Assembly (NCBI GenBank): GCA_009914755.4
Contig: CP068257.2
Location: forward strand, 25,056,001-25,120,000
Direction of reading: 5' to 3'
Source: the human T2T-CHM13v2.0 reference genome, Homo sapiens
Length of the DNA stretch: 64,000 nucleotides
Part shown: in pieces, positions 40,262 through 53,739 of the stretch
Layout: each line of letters begins with the position of its first letter
Numbering within the stretch: the first letter of the stretch is position 1
Program-made: the position numbers and the translations under genes
Notes under the pieces: model-generated
Told to the model about the DNA's origin: nothing
The model's input: only the letters and a program-made list of their open reading frames with translations
Databases searched by the model: none

Positions 40262-40698
40262 TGACCATAAGCTCCTTGGGGCAGGTACAGCATCTGTTTT
40301 CAGTCATCATTCTATCCTGAGCATCCAGAACTGGCATATATTAGATGATTAATATTTATTGAGTATGTGAGTAAATGAAGGAATGAAATTGGTATATATG
40401 AACTTGAACATTATGGATAATAATGGTTAATCATTATATAAATGTACATATGTATAAAATACTACATTTGGGCAGGTTTTAGGGAGTCATCAGCAGTACA
40501 TGAGGCCAGTTGCTTCTGAATGGGCAAAGGAATGTCGTGGGTCACTCCTATACTTCTTCACTGTGAAAATGTTTTTCTGATTAATGTCTATGGAGTGTGG
40601 ACTTTCATGGCTGTAAATCAGGTATCCTATAAGCCCCCAGTTAGGAGTGCTGGCTGAACTGCTGCTCAGGAAAGGCAAACCACTCATTTATTACCATG

Positions 40699-40805
40699 TG
40701 TTAGGTTGGCACAACAGCAATTGCAGTTTTTGCCATTAAAAGTAATTGCAAAGACCGCAAAAGCTTTTAATGGCAAAACCTGCAATTACTTTTGCAGCAA
40801 CCTAA
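40699..40805. mobile_element. MADE1 (Hsmar1-derived MITE) palindromic element, slightly extended (~107 bp)
   Basis: TTAGGTTGGCACAACAGCAATTGCAGTTTTTGCCATTAAAAGTAATTGCAAAGACCGCAAAAGCTTTTAATGGCAAAACCTGCAATTACTTTTGCAGCAACCTAA. This matches the MADE1 consensus TTAGGTTGGTGCAAAAGTAATTGCGGTTTTTGCCATTAAAAGTAATGGCAAAAACCGCAATTACTTTTGCACCAACCTAA and is a near-perfect inverted repeat. Confidence 0.8.
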
Positions 40806-42039
40806 TAGTAAGATGGCAAATTATATACAATATATACTTTGTTTAACATCCTGATATGTTGGCTACATTTTAAAGGTAAATGCTTTCAATGCACCACCTA
40901 TTTCTATATTTCTATGTTTGCATACGCCTAAAGCATATAAATGTATATAAATAAATTTTTACCACAAATCGTTAAGTGAATAATGTACAAAAGGCATAAA
41001 ATTCAAATTTGTTTTTTTCAATACAACGACTAAATTAATTTATACCCAGGTTAGCAGGGGTTCCTTGTGTTTTCTAAATATTCTGTTAATGCTTGTGTTT
41101 AAGAGTGGTATAATAGATGAATATAAGAAGATTTTGTTCTAGGATTTTTGACTTATAAAACTCCCTTCACTTTTATTTGTGGGAAGCCCAGACAGGTCAC
41201 TGGGGTACTGACTCAATACACAGAAATCATCTGAGGCCCATTGCCCATTTCAGTCTTTCATTTGATCCAGCAGTCAATGCAAAGCCACCTCATCAAGAAG
41301 TTATAGAAGCAGTAGCATATCTTATGAAAGTTGCAACTCATTTATTTCTAGGGTCTCTTTTAAAGTTAATGATTTCCCATGCAGACTCTTCTACTGACAA
41401 GCACTCAGTATTTCTCAGCTAATCGCATTCCTTCCCCTTCACACACATTACTATCCATTGCACAACACTCTTTAGAGCCAGCCACTCTCTAGAAGACTGT
41501 AATTGCTTACCTCTCTTAGGAAACTATCCAAGCCCTAAGCCCTACCAGGAGCTATTAGAAATTTCCTTGGCTATTCACAAAATTTGTTTGTTGATGGCTT
41601 AACCTCAAAAGAAAAAGAGATTTTCCAAGCAAGTTATAACAAACCTGAATAGGCTCTTGAAATATGTAAGCCACATCCAGAAATGAAATCAGTTCAAGTA
41701 GCAAAATTAATTGTTCTTGCCCATATCTGCCAGCTAGCAAAAGATAAAAGATCAAATGTTTGTACTAAAAGTAGATATGATTTTGAACTAGTACATGACT
41801 TCAAACACCATAGCACTTCCTAACTGCCACAGAAAATCCTATGAAAACAAATGAAAAATTTTGTATATGCTTCGCTATTACCTAAGGGGATAGACACAAC
41901 AGTAATGGAGTTTAACAAAAATGTTTCAGGATTTTATCCCCAATAGCAGAGATAAATTGGCAGTGATATTGATTCAACATTAGTGGGTAATTTAAAGAGT
42001 ATTTCCAAGGATGTTTGCATGTTTTGCTATCTTAGTCAA

Positions 42040-42420
42040 TGTGGGCTGCTACAATAAAACATCAAAGACTAGGTGGCTTCTAACCAACAGAAACTTATTT
42101 CTCACAGTCCTAGAGTCTGAAAGTGTGAAATCAGGCTGCCAGCATAGTCGGATTCTGGTGAGGGCCTTCCTCTGAGCTTCACTGTTGTCTTCTTGTATCC
42201 TCATATGGTGAAAAGAGGGTGAGTGAGCTCTCTGGGGTGCTTTATACAAGAGCACTAATCCCATTCAAGAGGGCTTCACCCTCATGACATAATCACCTCC
42301 AAAAAGCCCTACCTCCTAGCTACCATCAAAACAAAGGTTAGGATTTCAACATCTGAATTTTGGGAGGACAACAAATGTGCAGTCCATTGCACCTACCTAC
42401 CAACAACACAATTCTTACAA
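42040..42420 (-). mobile_element. MaLR-type LTR fragment (MLT1-like)
   Basis: ...GCTGCTACAATAAAACATCAAAGACTAGGTGGCTTCTAACCAACAGAAACTTATTTCTCACAGTCCTAGAGTCTGAAAGTGTGAAATCAGGCTGCCAGCATAGTCGGATTCTGGTGAGGGCC...CTCATGACATAATCACCTCCAAAAAGCCCTACCTCCTAGCTACCATCAAAACAAAGGTTAGGATTTCAACATCTGAATTTTGGGAGGACAACAAATGTGCAGTCCAT. Confidence 0.5.
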
Positions 42421-42599
42421 GATGGTAGAAGTAAGAAATGAGAGGAACCACATGGGCTATGAGTAATGTTCTGGTAATTGTTTATTTTCAGGATGGATTG
42501 AGGCTTTCCCTGCAGTCTCTGATATAATAGGCACACTTTGTCCTAAAGGATGGCAAAAAGAGTGACTTCTGAGCTGGGGCTTCTGTTGCCCTTCTGGAA

Positions 42600-43600
42600 G
42601 GCCATTCCAGTATTGCACAAGGCCAGTTGCTTCTGAATGGGCAAAGAAATGTCATGGGCCACTTCTGGACTCCTTCACTATGAAAAGTGTTTCCTGATTG
42701 GTGTCTGTGCTGTATGGAATTTCACAGCTGTAAGTCAGGCATTCTATAAGCCCCCAAATAGGAGCTCTGGCTGAACTTCTGCTCAGGAAAGGCAAACCCA
42801 TAACCCACAGGTGCCTATCTTGGTAAGAACAAATATTGATCCTCCATAATGGAAAGTGACTTGTTGATTTCCTTTGAGGAACAATGCTATCTCGAGGCTT
42901 TTTGTTGGTTTCCTTTGCGGATCAGTTGGACTCTCAGATGCAGCAGTAGCTACATCCGTGTTGGTCAATGAAAATCCATGTCGTAGGCCCCAAATGCAGC
43001 CTATATGTTTGTCACTATGACCACTCTGGCCATCATACTGTACTGGAGCGGCCGATGACAAAGGCCGGCTGATATCTCCTGGCTAAGTTGTTCTATGTGT
43101 TTGGTTGCTCAGTGCCTTTTCCACGGTGAATGTTTTAGATGATGTTAACACTGAATTCACATGTTGTATGACAATGTCACTCTCATGTGTCAGCCATGGA
43201 CCTCTACCTTAGAATTTCTTGTCTTTGTTCTTCCAGTTCTTTTCCTTCCAAGTCCTTGGCCAGACATCCAGGCCAGTGGCCACTTCAGGGAAATCTATAG
43301 ATATTCTCATCTTGGGCCACTTCTCCTTCCATACAAAGTGAATGACTAAGAGCACTACTCACAGCTCTGCCCATTGGAAAGAATTTCCCCTTTTGCTCTT
43401 TTGCGTGGCCAATCCTATGTGCGTGTAGTGCAGCCACTATCCATGTTGGCCCATGCACTGAGCCAACCCCTCCATCAGCCACTTTTTCCTCATCTTTCAG
43501 CTGTTGGAATGGTACTCTTCATAGAACCATGACTGCAAGCCAGTCGTAAGTGTCCCTCTTACCACCTGTTTACTCAGATCACAGCTGGTACCACTTGTGA
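42600..43600 (-). mobile_element. Degenerate, unassigned retroelement-internal-like sequence; family not determined
   Basis: Not an Alu, L1 or LTR consensus that I recognise. Its first ~200 bp (42617-42830) are paralogous to 40502-40698. Minus-strand ORFs (42783-43061, 43285-43482) have no recognisable domain. Confidence 0.2.
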
Positions 43601-44078
43601 TAGTTCAGGCCCTCCAACAAGCCCCCTCGAAGATTTTACTAGGGGAAATGCCTATGATAAAACATACGGAAGAAGAGCAGGGAGGCTGGGAGAGTCATCA
43701 TACCCCATGCAAGTCTGAGCCTGAAGGAAGGAAAGAGAAAAGGAAGGTTGGATGGAAGCATCACAGACCAGTGTGCAGTCTAATGGAAGTCCAGCAAGAG
43801 ACCACTGGGGAGCCCATGAGGCAGAGTTGCCAGAAGGAGTTCCCTGTATCCTAGGGTCAAAACTGCCTTAGCATCACTGAGTCTATGGGAAGCATGGTGT
43901 TGGCTCAAACATGGTGATGGATTTCAAAGAACAGCCAGGGACCTCAGTCAGTTCCACTGCCTCTAGTTAGAGTTCTGCAAGGTGGATTCTCATGGTCACC
44001 AAAATATCCTTATATAGGCTCCTCCTGATGATTGCCTCATATAATTAACCCAGATTTCAGTCTTATAAAAATGAGCCT

Positions 44079-44454
<376 letters not shown>

Positions 44455-44560
44455 TCACATAGCCCTGCTCTTACAAGGGCTCCGTACTTGAGGTTTAATG
44501 CTTTGGGTTAAATGCTTTGGGTTTAATACTGTGCTGTTGCCATCTTAAAATTCTGAATAA

Positions 44561-44862
<302 letters not shown>

Positions 44863-47623
44863 CTGAATAATTTTTTTAATGAATGGCCCCACTATTTTAT
44901 TTTTTCCTGGGCCCCACAAATTCTATAGTCAGACCTGTCAATCCTACCAGCAAAACCTAACCCATCAAGAATGAGGACAAATATTAGGATTATCACTGCT
45001 GAAATAATTCAGTTTGTTCTCTTTAGAGATTTTCCAGCCAGCTTTGCAACTGCTATTTAAGTCCACTCTAAAATATTCCTCATTTTAAGAAACAAATTAT
45101 CAGCTCATTTCTATCGAGATGTTCAATGCTTATATTCCCAGTGACTTCTATACCCCTTTAAATCACTGCTTGTTTATAAGAACACAACTTCTGCAACAAA
45201 ACAGTTTAAATTCATTAGCCGGGGTTGTCATGGTCAATTGCATAGTGTTTTATTTCCTTTAGCTACAGGGCAGTTTATAATGAACACATCTGACTGTGCC
45301 TAAATAAATATTGCATATGATAGTTCAAGTAAAAAATTCATGACGGAGGGGAAAAGCCAACCAGATCTCTGGAAAGAACCAAGATGTTCAATGTTGAGAT
45401 ATATTTTCATTGCTTCGCTTTGGTAATTTAGACTCTTGTCTTGAGGTACTCTTTCAAGAACTAATAACTACTTTTTTTTACCTGGTGATTGCCTGAGTTA
45501 CATTTGGCCAGGGGATGATTTCCAGGGTCTTAAGTGCTATTGCACGACCACTGTCACATCAGACGATTCAACAATTTCTTCTCTAACAAAAGGAGCAAAA
45601 AGGACTAACCCAAATCCAATTGCAATTTTCTCTAGACAAACTCTTGATTGGCAAAATTATGGGGATGCTAATGACCTGGATATTGTACATTCGTATTCTT
45701 CACAGTGATTGTCTCTACCCTTGGCCAAAAGAGAGTGTTGAGAGAGACAAAAGTACTCTTGATGGCTATCAGCTGAGCTGGCCTGGCTCTAACAATTAGG
45801 CCATGGTGTTCTGCTGAACATAAAGAATGTCACATAACACTGCATCAGACAAGGCCACTCTGCCTATGATAGCACAAGACAAAAACAAACCACTCCATAT
45901 TTATATCTGACTGAGCACAGCCAAAATCCAGAACACAGTGCAAACTAAGAAATAACCAGACATCCCTCTCCGTTAGCTAATACGAGTAACTGGTACTTCC
46001 TTACCAATTCTAGTGTGGCTCTACTTTATTTCTCCTGCCTTTATATAAAAATAATTAATACACTTCAAACATAGAACAGCCCTTACTTTGACAGCACTTA
46101 ATTCAGAGCACAGCCACGTGTTCTCAAATCTTCTACAAAATCATCTAACATAAGCTCCAGTTCTCTAACCTCCCACTACCACCCTCAACACAGAGATGCC
46201 CCATGGCTCACCATGTGTTCTTCCTCACAGCAAGAAGCAATTAAACTCACCTTTGTTTGACTACCAGTTTGTTTCTAGTAGACTCTGACTAGAGGACATT
46301 GATAGTTCTTATCTCAATTCTTAATTTTAATTATATCTTTCTTTTTTTTAGTTATTTGTTAACATTGGGTTACTTACAGATGATAACAGCAAGAATTGTG
46401 TTGATTTCATTCACTTTGCATTTGCAAAGCCTGGTATATTGAAATCTGTTAACAAATACTTGTAGAATGAATGGGGATTAAAGGAAATCTGAGAATAGGA
46501 AAAACACAATATATTTGACTTGAAAATTTTTAAAAATTATCTTCTTTTCTATGTAATACAGTATAAACCAGTTATGCCAAAGTTTGACAAGCCTAGAATC
46601 AACATCCTTACTTTATAAAGACTTACCTTAAAAGCATAACCACTACAATGGAATATTATTTGACCATAAAAAGGAATGAAGTATGTACTGATACCTGATA
46701 CAACAGAGATGAATCTTGAAAACATTACACTAAGTGAAAAAAGCTAGTCACAAGAGACCATTTGATATATGATTCTATTTATGTGAAATGTCCAGAAAAG
46801 GCAAATCTGTACAGAAAGTTGTTTAGTGGCTGCCTAGGGCTGGGGGATAGAAGGATTGGATGTGATAGCTAAAGGGCATGATTTTTTTGTGGGGTAATGA
46901 AAATATTCTAGAATTTTTTGTGGTGATGGTTGTACAACTTTGTGAACATGCTAAAACCCATAAATCATACAATTTAAATGGGTGAATTATATGTATATAA
47001 TTCATATAATTATTTGTATGAATTTATATGTATAATTTATATCCTTATGTACATATAATTATATGTATAATTTGTATCCTTATATACATGTAATTCAATA
47101 AGACTATTACCCCAAAATAACCATCAATACAGCATTTTGTATCTACTAGAGATGTACTTTTGATATTTTTAGTGACATGAAAGCACATTATTAATATAAA
47201 GTTGTGCAAAATATGAAGACACAGAAATGACTACACAATGTGATGTGAAGTATATTTATAGACAGACAGAGAGGTCTAAAATAAAATGCCTTAAAATGTT
47301 AATGCTATTTTAGCTGCATTTCAAGTGATTTTTATTTTTAATTACACAGTTTTCCTATTTTCCAAGTATTCCATGATGAGAAGATATTACTTATAGTCAG
47401 AAATACGTTACAAAAATATTCTAAGTATTATAATTTTTTGTGACATAGTTTTATTGTTAAATAGAAAAAAACTTTTGGGTTCTTTCAAAGCAATCATACT
47501 TTACAGAGGACACAGGAAATATATATTATACATATACACATTAATGATTATGAAAAGGGTATCTTTTTTGACACATAATGATCACCTTCACAAGAGAATA
47601 GTATGTCAGAGATTGACACCTTC

Positions 47624-48180
47624 TTTTTTTTTATTATTATACTTTAAGTTCTAGGGTACATGTGCACAACTTGCAGGTTTGTTACATTTGTATACATGTG
47701 CCATGTTGGTGTGCTGCCCCTGTTAACTCGTCATTTACACTAGGTTATCTCCTAACGCTATCCCTCCCCCCATCCCTCACCCCATGACAGGTCCCAGTGT
47801 GTGATATTCCCCATCCTGTGTCCAAGTGTTCTCATTGTCCAATTGCCACCTATAAGTGAGAACATGCGGTGTTTGGTTTCCTGTCCTTGCGATAATTTGC
47901 TCAGAATGATGGTTTCCAGCTTCAACCATGTCCCTACAAAGGACATGAACTCATCCTTTTTTTATGGTTGCATAGTATTCCATGGTGTATATGTGCCACA
48001 TTTTATTAATCCAGTCCCTCACTGATGGACATTTGGGTTGGTTCCAAGTCTTTGCTATTGTGAATAGTGCCGTAATAAACATATATGTGCATGTGTCTGT
48101 AAAGCAGCATGATTTATAATCCTTTGGGTGTATACCCAGTAATGGGATGGCTGGGTCAAATGTTATTTCTAGTTCTAGAT
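47624..48180 (-). mobile_element. Young L1 (L1PA-type) 5'-truncated 3' end, ~0.55 kb, with a target-site duplication
   Basis: TTTTTTTTTATTATTATACTTTAAGTTCTAGGGTACATGTGCACAACTTGCAGGTTTGTTACATTTGTATACATGTGCCATGTTGGTGTGCTGCCCCTGTTAACTCGTCATTTACACTAGGTTATCTCCTAACGCTATCCCTCCCC...TATACCCAGTAATGGGATGGCTGGGTCAAATGTTATTTCTAGTTCTAGAT is near-identical to the human L1PA 3' end. Flanks are AGATTGACACCTTC|L1|AAGACTGACACTTTC. Confidence 0.85.
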
Positions 48181-48979
48181 AAGACTGACACTTTCTGATG
48201 GCATTTGGTTATAGCACTGGAGTAAAATTACCAGCAGAATCAAAGACAAAATCTTAATTTTTCATAACTCAACACTGATATATCTTTAAAGAAGACAGGA
48301 TAAAATGCTTGCCACTGCATTTATGACTTCCCAGAATTAAAAAAAAAAAACTTTAGGTTAAAAAATCTGAAAATCTTCTTTAAAACATAATTTAAGAATA
48401 TCTCAAGTGCTATGTAAAAACTCTAAATGCAAAATACTTATAACTTTTGCAAAGAAAATGTTGAAAACTACAAAAGAACTTGTAGAGAAGGAAAGAAAGA
48501 TTAATTTTTAGAGGATGAAGCTGGAAAAATGTTGTTTCCTATGAGAAAGAATACGAGGGAAGAGCAACAATTTTGGTAAATAATTGAAAAACTCTGCATT
48601 ATAAGATTCAGTAGGCTGCTAATGCGGTCCTTAACATGTGTACATAAAAAATAAGCAACACAGTTCCTGTCCTCAAGAGGCTTCATGCTACCTGGGGACA
48701 CTAAACAAAGACAGGTTCAAAAATACTTAAGGATGTTTCTGGAACAATGTGTGACTAACAGCAAATTCACATTACAAATATGAACAAGCACTGAGAATAT
48801 GCAGCAAAAGATAGAACCAGCCCTGCAATTCACGTCGTGCAAACCAGGTAGGTAGAATAGGAGGACATCCTGGGGCACAGGCGTAAAGGCTCTTTAGGAC
48901 CCAGAAGTACATTTTATTCTCCTCTGAGAATGGTCTTAATGGACCCAGCTACCCCCCAATTCATTGATCCTCCTGTTAA

Positions 48980-49371
<392 letters not shown>

Positions 49372-49380
49372 TAGATGTTT

Positions 49381-49717
49381 GTGTCCTCCAGAATTTATCT
49401 TAGGAGCCCTAATCCCTGTTGTTACGGTATTTGGAGATGGGGCTTTGGGAAGGTCAGAAGAGTTTGATGAGGTCAGGAGAACAGAGCCCTCATGATGGGA
49501 TTAGTGCCCTCGTAAAAAAAGATACCAGAGAGTTCCCCACAACTCCTGTCAGGACCCAGCAAGAATGTGGCCATCTGCAAGCAAAACCCTTATTAGAAAC
49601 CACCCTTCTGGACCTTGATTTCAGACTTCCAGCTTCCTGAACCAATGAGAAATAAATTTCTGTTGTTCAAGCCACCCAGTCTATTGGTATTGTGTTATGG
49701 CAGCCTGTGCTAATACA
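49381..49717 (+). mobile_element. MaLR LTR, MLT1-like
   Basis: ...CCCTAATCCCTGTTGTTACGGTATTTGGAGATGGGGCTTTGGGAAGGTCAGAAGAGTTTGATGAGGTCAGGAGAACAGAGCCCTCATGATGGGATTAGTGCCCTCGTAAAAAAAGATACCAGAGAG...CTTGATTTCAGACTTCCAGCTTCCTGAACCAATGAGAAATAAATTTCTGTTGTTCAAGCCACCCAGTCTATTGGTATTGTGTTATGGCAGCCTGTGCTAATACAG. Confidence 0.6.
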
Positions 49718-51199
49718 GCACACTTTCTTCTGACTCCTTAAAGACTTTACTTTTTAAGACATTTTAAGTATTGGAGCTCTGGTAAAAAAAATAAATAAAT
49801 AAATAAAAAAGAGGTAAAAAGTGTAATTAGTGTATCTGTACATTTTGTAAAATTCCGCAGTCGAAAGCAAGGATGGACTTTGTCTCTCCTTTTTTATTTT
49901 ACCTTATATATCTTAATTTCTTGACACGAGTTGTAGATTAATTTGATGTTTGATTCTCTTAAAATAGAGATAAGGAAAAGAATTTTCCTCTTTGCTGTGT
50001 CCATTATAAAAAAGGAACAGCCGGAAGAAACAATGATTTTGCTATCTTTTCATTTCCAAACATTTTTGAAAATTTGTCTTGGAAAGACCTTTTATATGCA
50101 TACTGAACGGTACTCATTTAAGTAGCCGATATCAAATCACTCTTTCTAGCAAATTTATTTGGTCAGTTTCTTAAAAATTTCTTTCATAGTAAATCCACCT
50201 GGAAGGCACACGAGGAGGATGATGTTCTTAGAACTCGGCTCTTGTTTGTTGCATGACAGGTGTTTCCACTGTCCTGGTGTGCATCTGGCAACAGCTGCAA
50301 CGAACCTTTTTCAGAATAAAGCCGTGTTTATCACTGTCCATGGTGAGGAACTTTGAGTCTTCATACAAGTGTTAAGTACAGGAGCTGGAAGAGACATGAC
50401 TTACTTTCTCAGAGGCTGGTTGTGCCCCCAGGCACTCCTGCAGTTCACCTGTTTTGGCATTTCAGACAGTGCACGCTTGGTCTCCAAAGGTAAGGAATTT
50501 GTGCTGCTATCTCTAATTAGCAGTAGAATATACTTATTTTTTCCAGCCTTGGATAAAATCATCCTGCTGCTTAGTCTGGCATAAAGCTTCTGTCAAAGTT
50601 CTGGTTAAAAAGAAAAGACATTTCCAGAGGGTAGTTTAGGAGACACGCTCTATGGCCACTCTTCTATGTAATTTAAATGTAATCTTTGGATTAAAATATC
50701 ATATGATGGCTGCAAAAGTCAATCGCAGCACCTCAGCATGCAATAAATTTACCTTCACTGGACTGTATTCTAATGTGCAGCTTGGGGTTTTTATCAAAGC
50801 CAAGCAAATTGAGGAACTGGATTTGTTATTAACACCACTTTTATGAACATCTTGCATTGCATCACTCTATAGTTCCAACCTCATGTCCCAGAAGAAAATG
50901 TATCTAAACATTTGGTACACCAGAGCCTTTGTATGGTTTGAGGAACTGATGTATTTCTTCTCTCAGGTAAAGCGAGAATGAGGTGTCACATTTTCCCCTT
51001 CACTTTGGATTCTAGGATGTATAGTTATGGCCTGTATCGATGCTAACTTAAGGTGTAGTATATTTGCTTTTCTCCTTTTTATTTTGTTTTCCTCCTTTTC
51101 TATGTTGTTGTTTTTATTGTGCTTCTTTTTTCCAGTAATTCCCTTTAAATCCTTGTGTTTTACCGTGGAAAAGAACAAACTTATGATATATATACATAT

Positions 51200-51494
51200 A
51201 TTTTTTTTCGAGACAGAGCCTCACTCTTGTCACCCAGGCTGGAGTGTGTTGGCTCGAGTTTGGCTCACTGCAACTTCCGCCTCCCCAGTTCAAGCAATTC
51301 TCCTGTCTCAACCTCCCAAGTAGCTGGGATTACAGGCACCCGCCACCACGCCCAGCTAATTTTTTGTATTTTTAGTAGAAACGGGGTTTTGCCATGTTGG
51401 CCAGGCTAGTCTTGAACTTGCGACCTCAAGTGATCAACCCGCCTTGGCCTCCCAAAATGTTGGGATTACAGGCGTGAGCCACTGCTCCCAGCCA
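51200..51494 (-). mobile_element. Alu SINE, full-length
   Basis: TTTTTTTTCGAGACAGAGCCTCACTCTTGTCACCCAGGCTGGAGTGTGTTGGCTCGAGTTTGGCTCACTGCAACTTCCGCCTCCCCAGTTCAAGCAATTCTCCTGTCTCAACCTCCCAAGTAGCTGGGATTACAGGCACCCGCCACCACGCCCAGC...GGATTACAGGCGTGAGCCACTGCTCCCAGCC. Confidence 0.95.
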
Positions 51495-52954
51495 ATTTGT
51501 TTTCTTTTAAATGAACATTAAAAATGAGAACTGTATAAACCTAAAAAATTTTTCTGTCTTCTAAAAGTTCAACTCCATAGGTCCCTCTCATGAAAGAGAG
51601 AAATCAGCAGCCATCTAACCTGGGCAATAGAGAGCAGGCCACTCCAATCCCCCTCACAGACATTTCCAGATGCTAAGAAGTCTTGTTTGTAAGAGATATA
51701 AAAACATGATGATGGTCTCTTTCCTCCTTTCAATAATACGTGAAATTTCGTGAAATCTAAAGGCAGTTACAACGGTCAAAAGGCTTGTGATGTTATGCTC
51801 AACTCTACACAAAACTTTGACATACACCTTGCTATTATTTCTGTGGACTTATGAGTAGGGCATAGAAAATTTCAGTTTGGTAATTTAACTGAACTTTGTC
51901 TCTAAGATAGATTAAACATAGCTAGCTTTAGATGTTCTTCTCCATATTTTTAATATTTCAGTATATTTTGTATACTTCATTTCTGACAAAAAAAATTAGC
52001 TTCATACAAAACAAAAAAGGATTAGGCTAGGATGAATTTATAAATATAGTCGGTTTTTTTCCCCCTTTTAACCACTTCACAATGATTTGCTTCATTTGTT
52101 AGGGTTGGTCTAATACAGGCATTCTTTTATAATTTGTCATCTATATCAATTCATTTGACATTTTCCTGAAGTATCCAAAATGTGAAAGGAAGAATACATG
52201 AATAATTGGTCAGAACTGTCTTTGTAGGATTCAGGGCATTTCAATGTGGAGCTTCCCTGCGTTGACATTGCCATTAGGATTAACACTTGTAGAAAACCCA
52301 ATATAAAGCAAAAGACCTGAGATGATGGAGAAGACCTCAGGTGGATGCAACCAAAAATTGAGGCCGGTGCTGTTCTCAGCTTGACATCTGTATTCTGCCT
52401 TCTCTTTATACCATCTTTGAAGGCTTATTCGCTGTGACAATTCCTGACTCACAGATGTGTTTTGAGCCCTTCTCAACAGAGTAGCTAGTTGCCAGGTGGT
52501 GCGATTTTTTAAAATAGAAAGCTAGAGAGAGAGTTTATTTTCAGAACCAATCAATCAAGCCCTACTATACATGACAATAAAATAGGCATAAGAGAAAATT
52601 GTCCTGATAATTGTCACAGGCTTTGATGCTAGATGCTTAGATCTCTTATAAATTGTAGTCAGTGGGGTTTTGGGTCATATTTAATTTTATTTAGAAGAAT
52701 TAATGTACCATTTTAGCCCCGAATTATTAAATTTAAATATGTGCCACTAAATCTGGAGCCACATCTGAACTTAATTCATTTCATGTTTTTTGGTGACAAT
52801 TTGGGTGCATTCCCAATGATACTGCAAACATATGAAAGGAGCGAATGAACTGAAATATGGTGGAGGAACTGAGAGTTCTCCTTGCTCTTGAGCTTGCACA
52901 AAGCCCGAAGGGCTTGCACAAGGTTCTTGCTTAGAAATAAAGCTTCTTTAATCC

Positions 52955-53492
52955 AATTACTGGGTATATACCCAAAGGAACATAAATCATTCTACCATAA
53001 AGACACACTCACGTGTAGTTCATTTTAACGCTATTCACGACAGCAGGGACATGGAATCAACCTAAATGCCCATCAACGGCAGATTGGGGAAAGAAAATGT
53101 GGTACATATACACCATGGAATGCTATGCAGCCATAAAAAAAATAAAATCATGTATTTTGCGGGAACATGGATGGAGCTGGAGGCCGTTATTTGTAGCAAA
53201 GTGACACAAGAACGGAAAATCAAATGCCACATGTTCTCACTTATAAGTGGGAGCTAATTAATGAGAACACATAGGCACAGAGAAGGAAATAACAGACACT
53301 GGAGTCTACTTGAGGGTAGAAGGTGGGAGGAGGGAGGGAATCAGAAAAAAATTACTATTGGGTAATAGGCTTAATACTTGGGTGATGAAATAATCTGTAC
53401 AATAAACCCCATGACACAAGTTTACCGAGATAATGAACCTGCACATGTACCCCTGTACCTAAAATAAAAAATTTTAAAAAAAGACAGTCTTG
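52955..53492 (+). mobile_element. L1 5'-truncated 3' end (~0.54 kb) with the ORF2 C-terminus and 3' UTR
   Basis: ...CCAATTACTGGGTATATACCCAAAGGAACATAAATCATTCTACCATAAAGACACACTCACGTGTAGTTCATTTTAACGCTATTCACGACAGCAGGGACATGGAATCAACCTAAATGCCCATCAACGGCAGATTGGGGAAAGAAAATGTGGTACATATACACCATGGAATGCTATGCAGCCATAAAAAAAATAAAATCATGTATTTTGCGGGAACATGGATGGAGCTGGAGGCCGTTATTTGTAGCAAAGTGACACAAGAACGGAAAATCAAATGCCACATGTTCTCACTTATAAGTGGGAGCTAATTAATGAGAACACATAGGCACAGAGAAGGAAATAACAGACACTGGAGTCTACTTGAGGGTAGAAGGTGGGAGGAGGGAGGGAATCAGAAAAAAATTACTATTGGGTAATAGGCTTAATACTTGGGTGATGAAATAATCTGTACAATAAACCCCATGACACAAGTTTACCGAGATAATGAACCTGCACATGTACCCCTGTACCTAAAATAAAAAATTTTAAAAAAAG. The ORF 53066-53257 (MPINGRLGKENVVHIHHGMLCSHKKNKIMYFAGTWMELEAVICSKVTQERKIKCHMFSLISGS) is the ORF2 tail. 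Confidence 0.85.
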
Positions 53493-53739
53493 TGACCTTC
53501 CTGAGAGAAAAATTATACCACACTGTCTAGAAAGCTTATCTTCTACTAAGCAATCAATTTCAGGAACATGCAGAATATTAAGAGGAAGTGGACAAACCCT
53601 TAGCCACTCAGAAGTGGAAACTATGAGAAGCCATTAAACAATACAAAGACTGTTAATACTATTTCTGTTTTGTCTAAATAATTCTGCTTCTAGGAATCTA
53701 TATAAAATTATATGCAAAATGTGTTATAGTAGAATTCTT

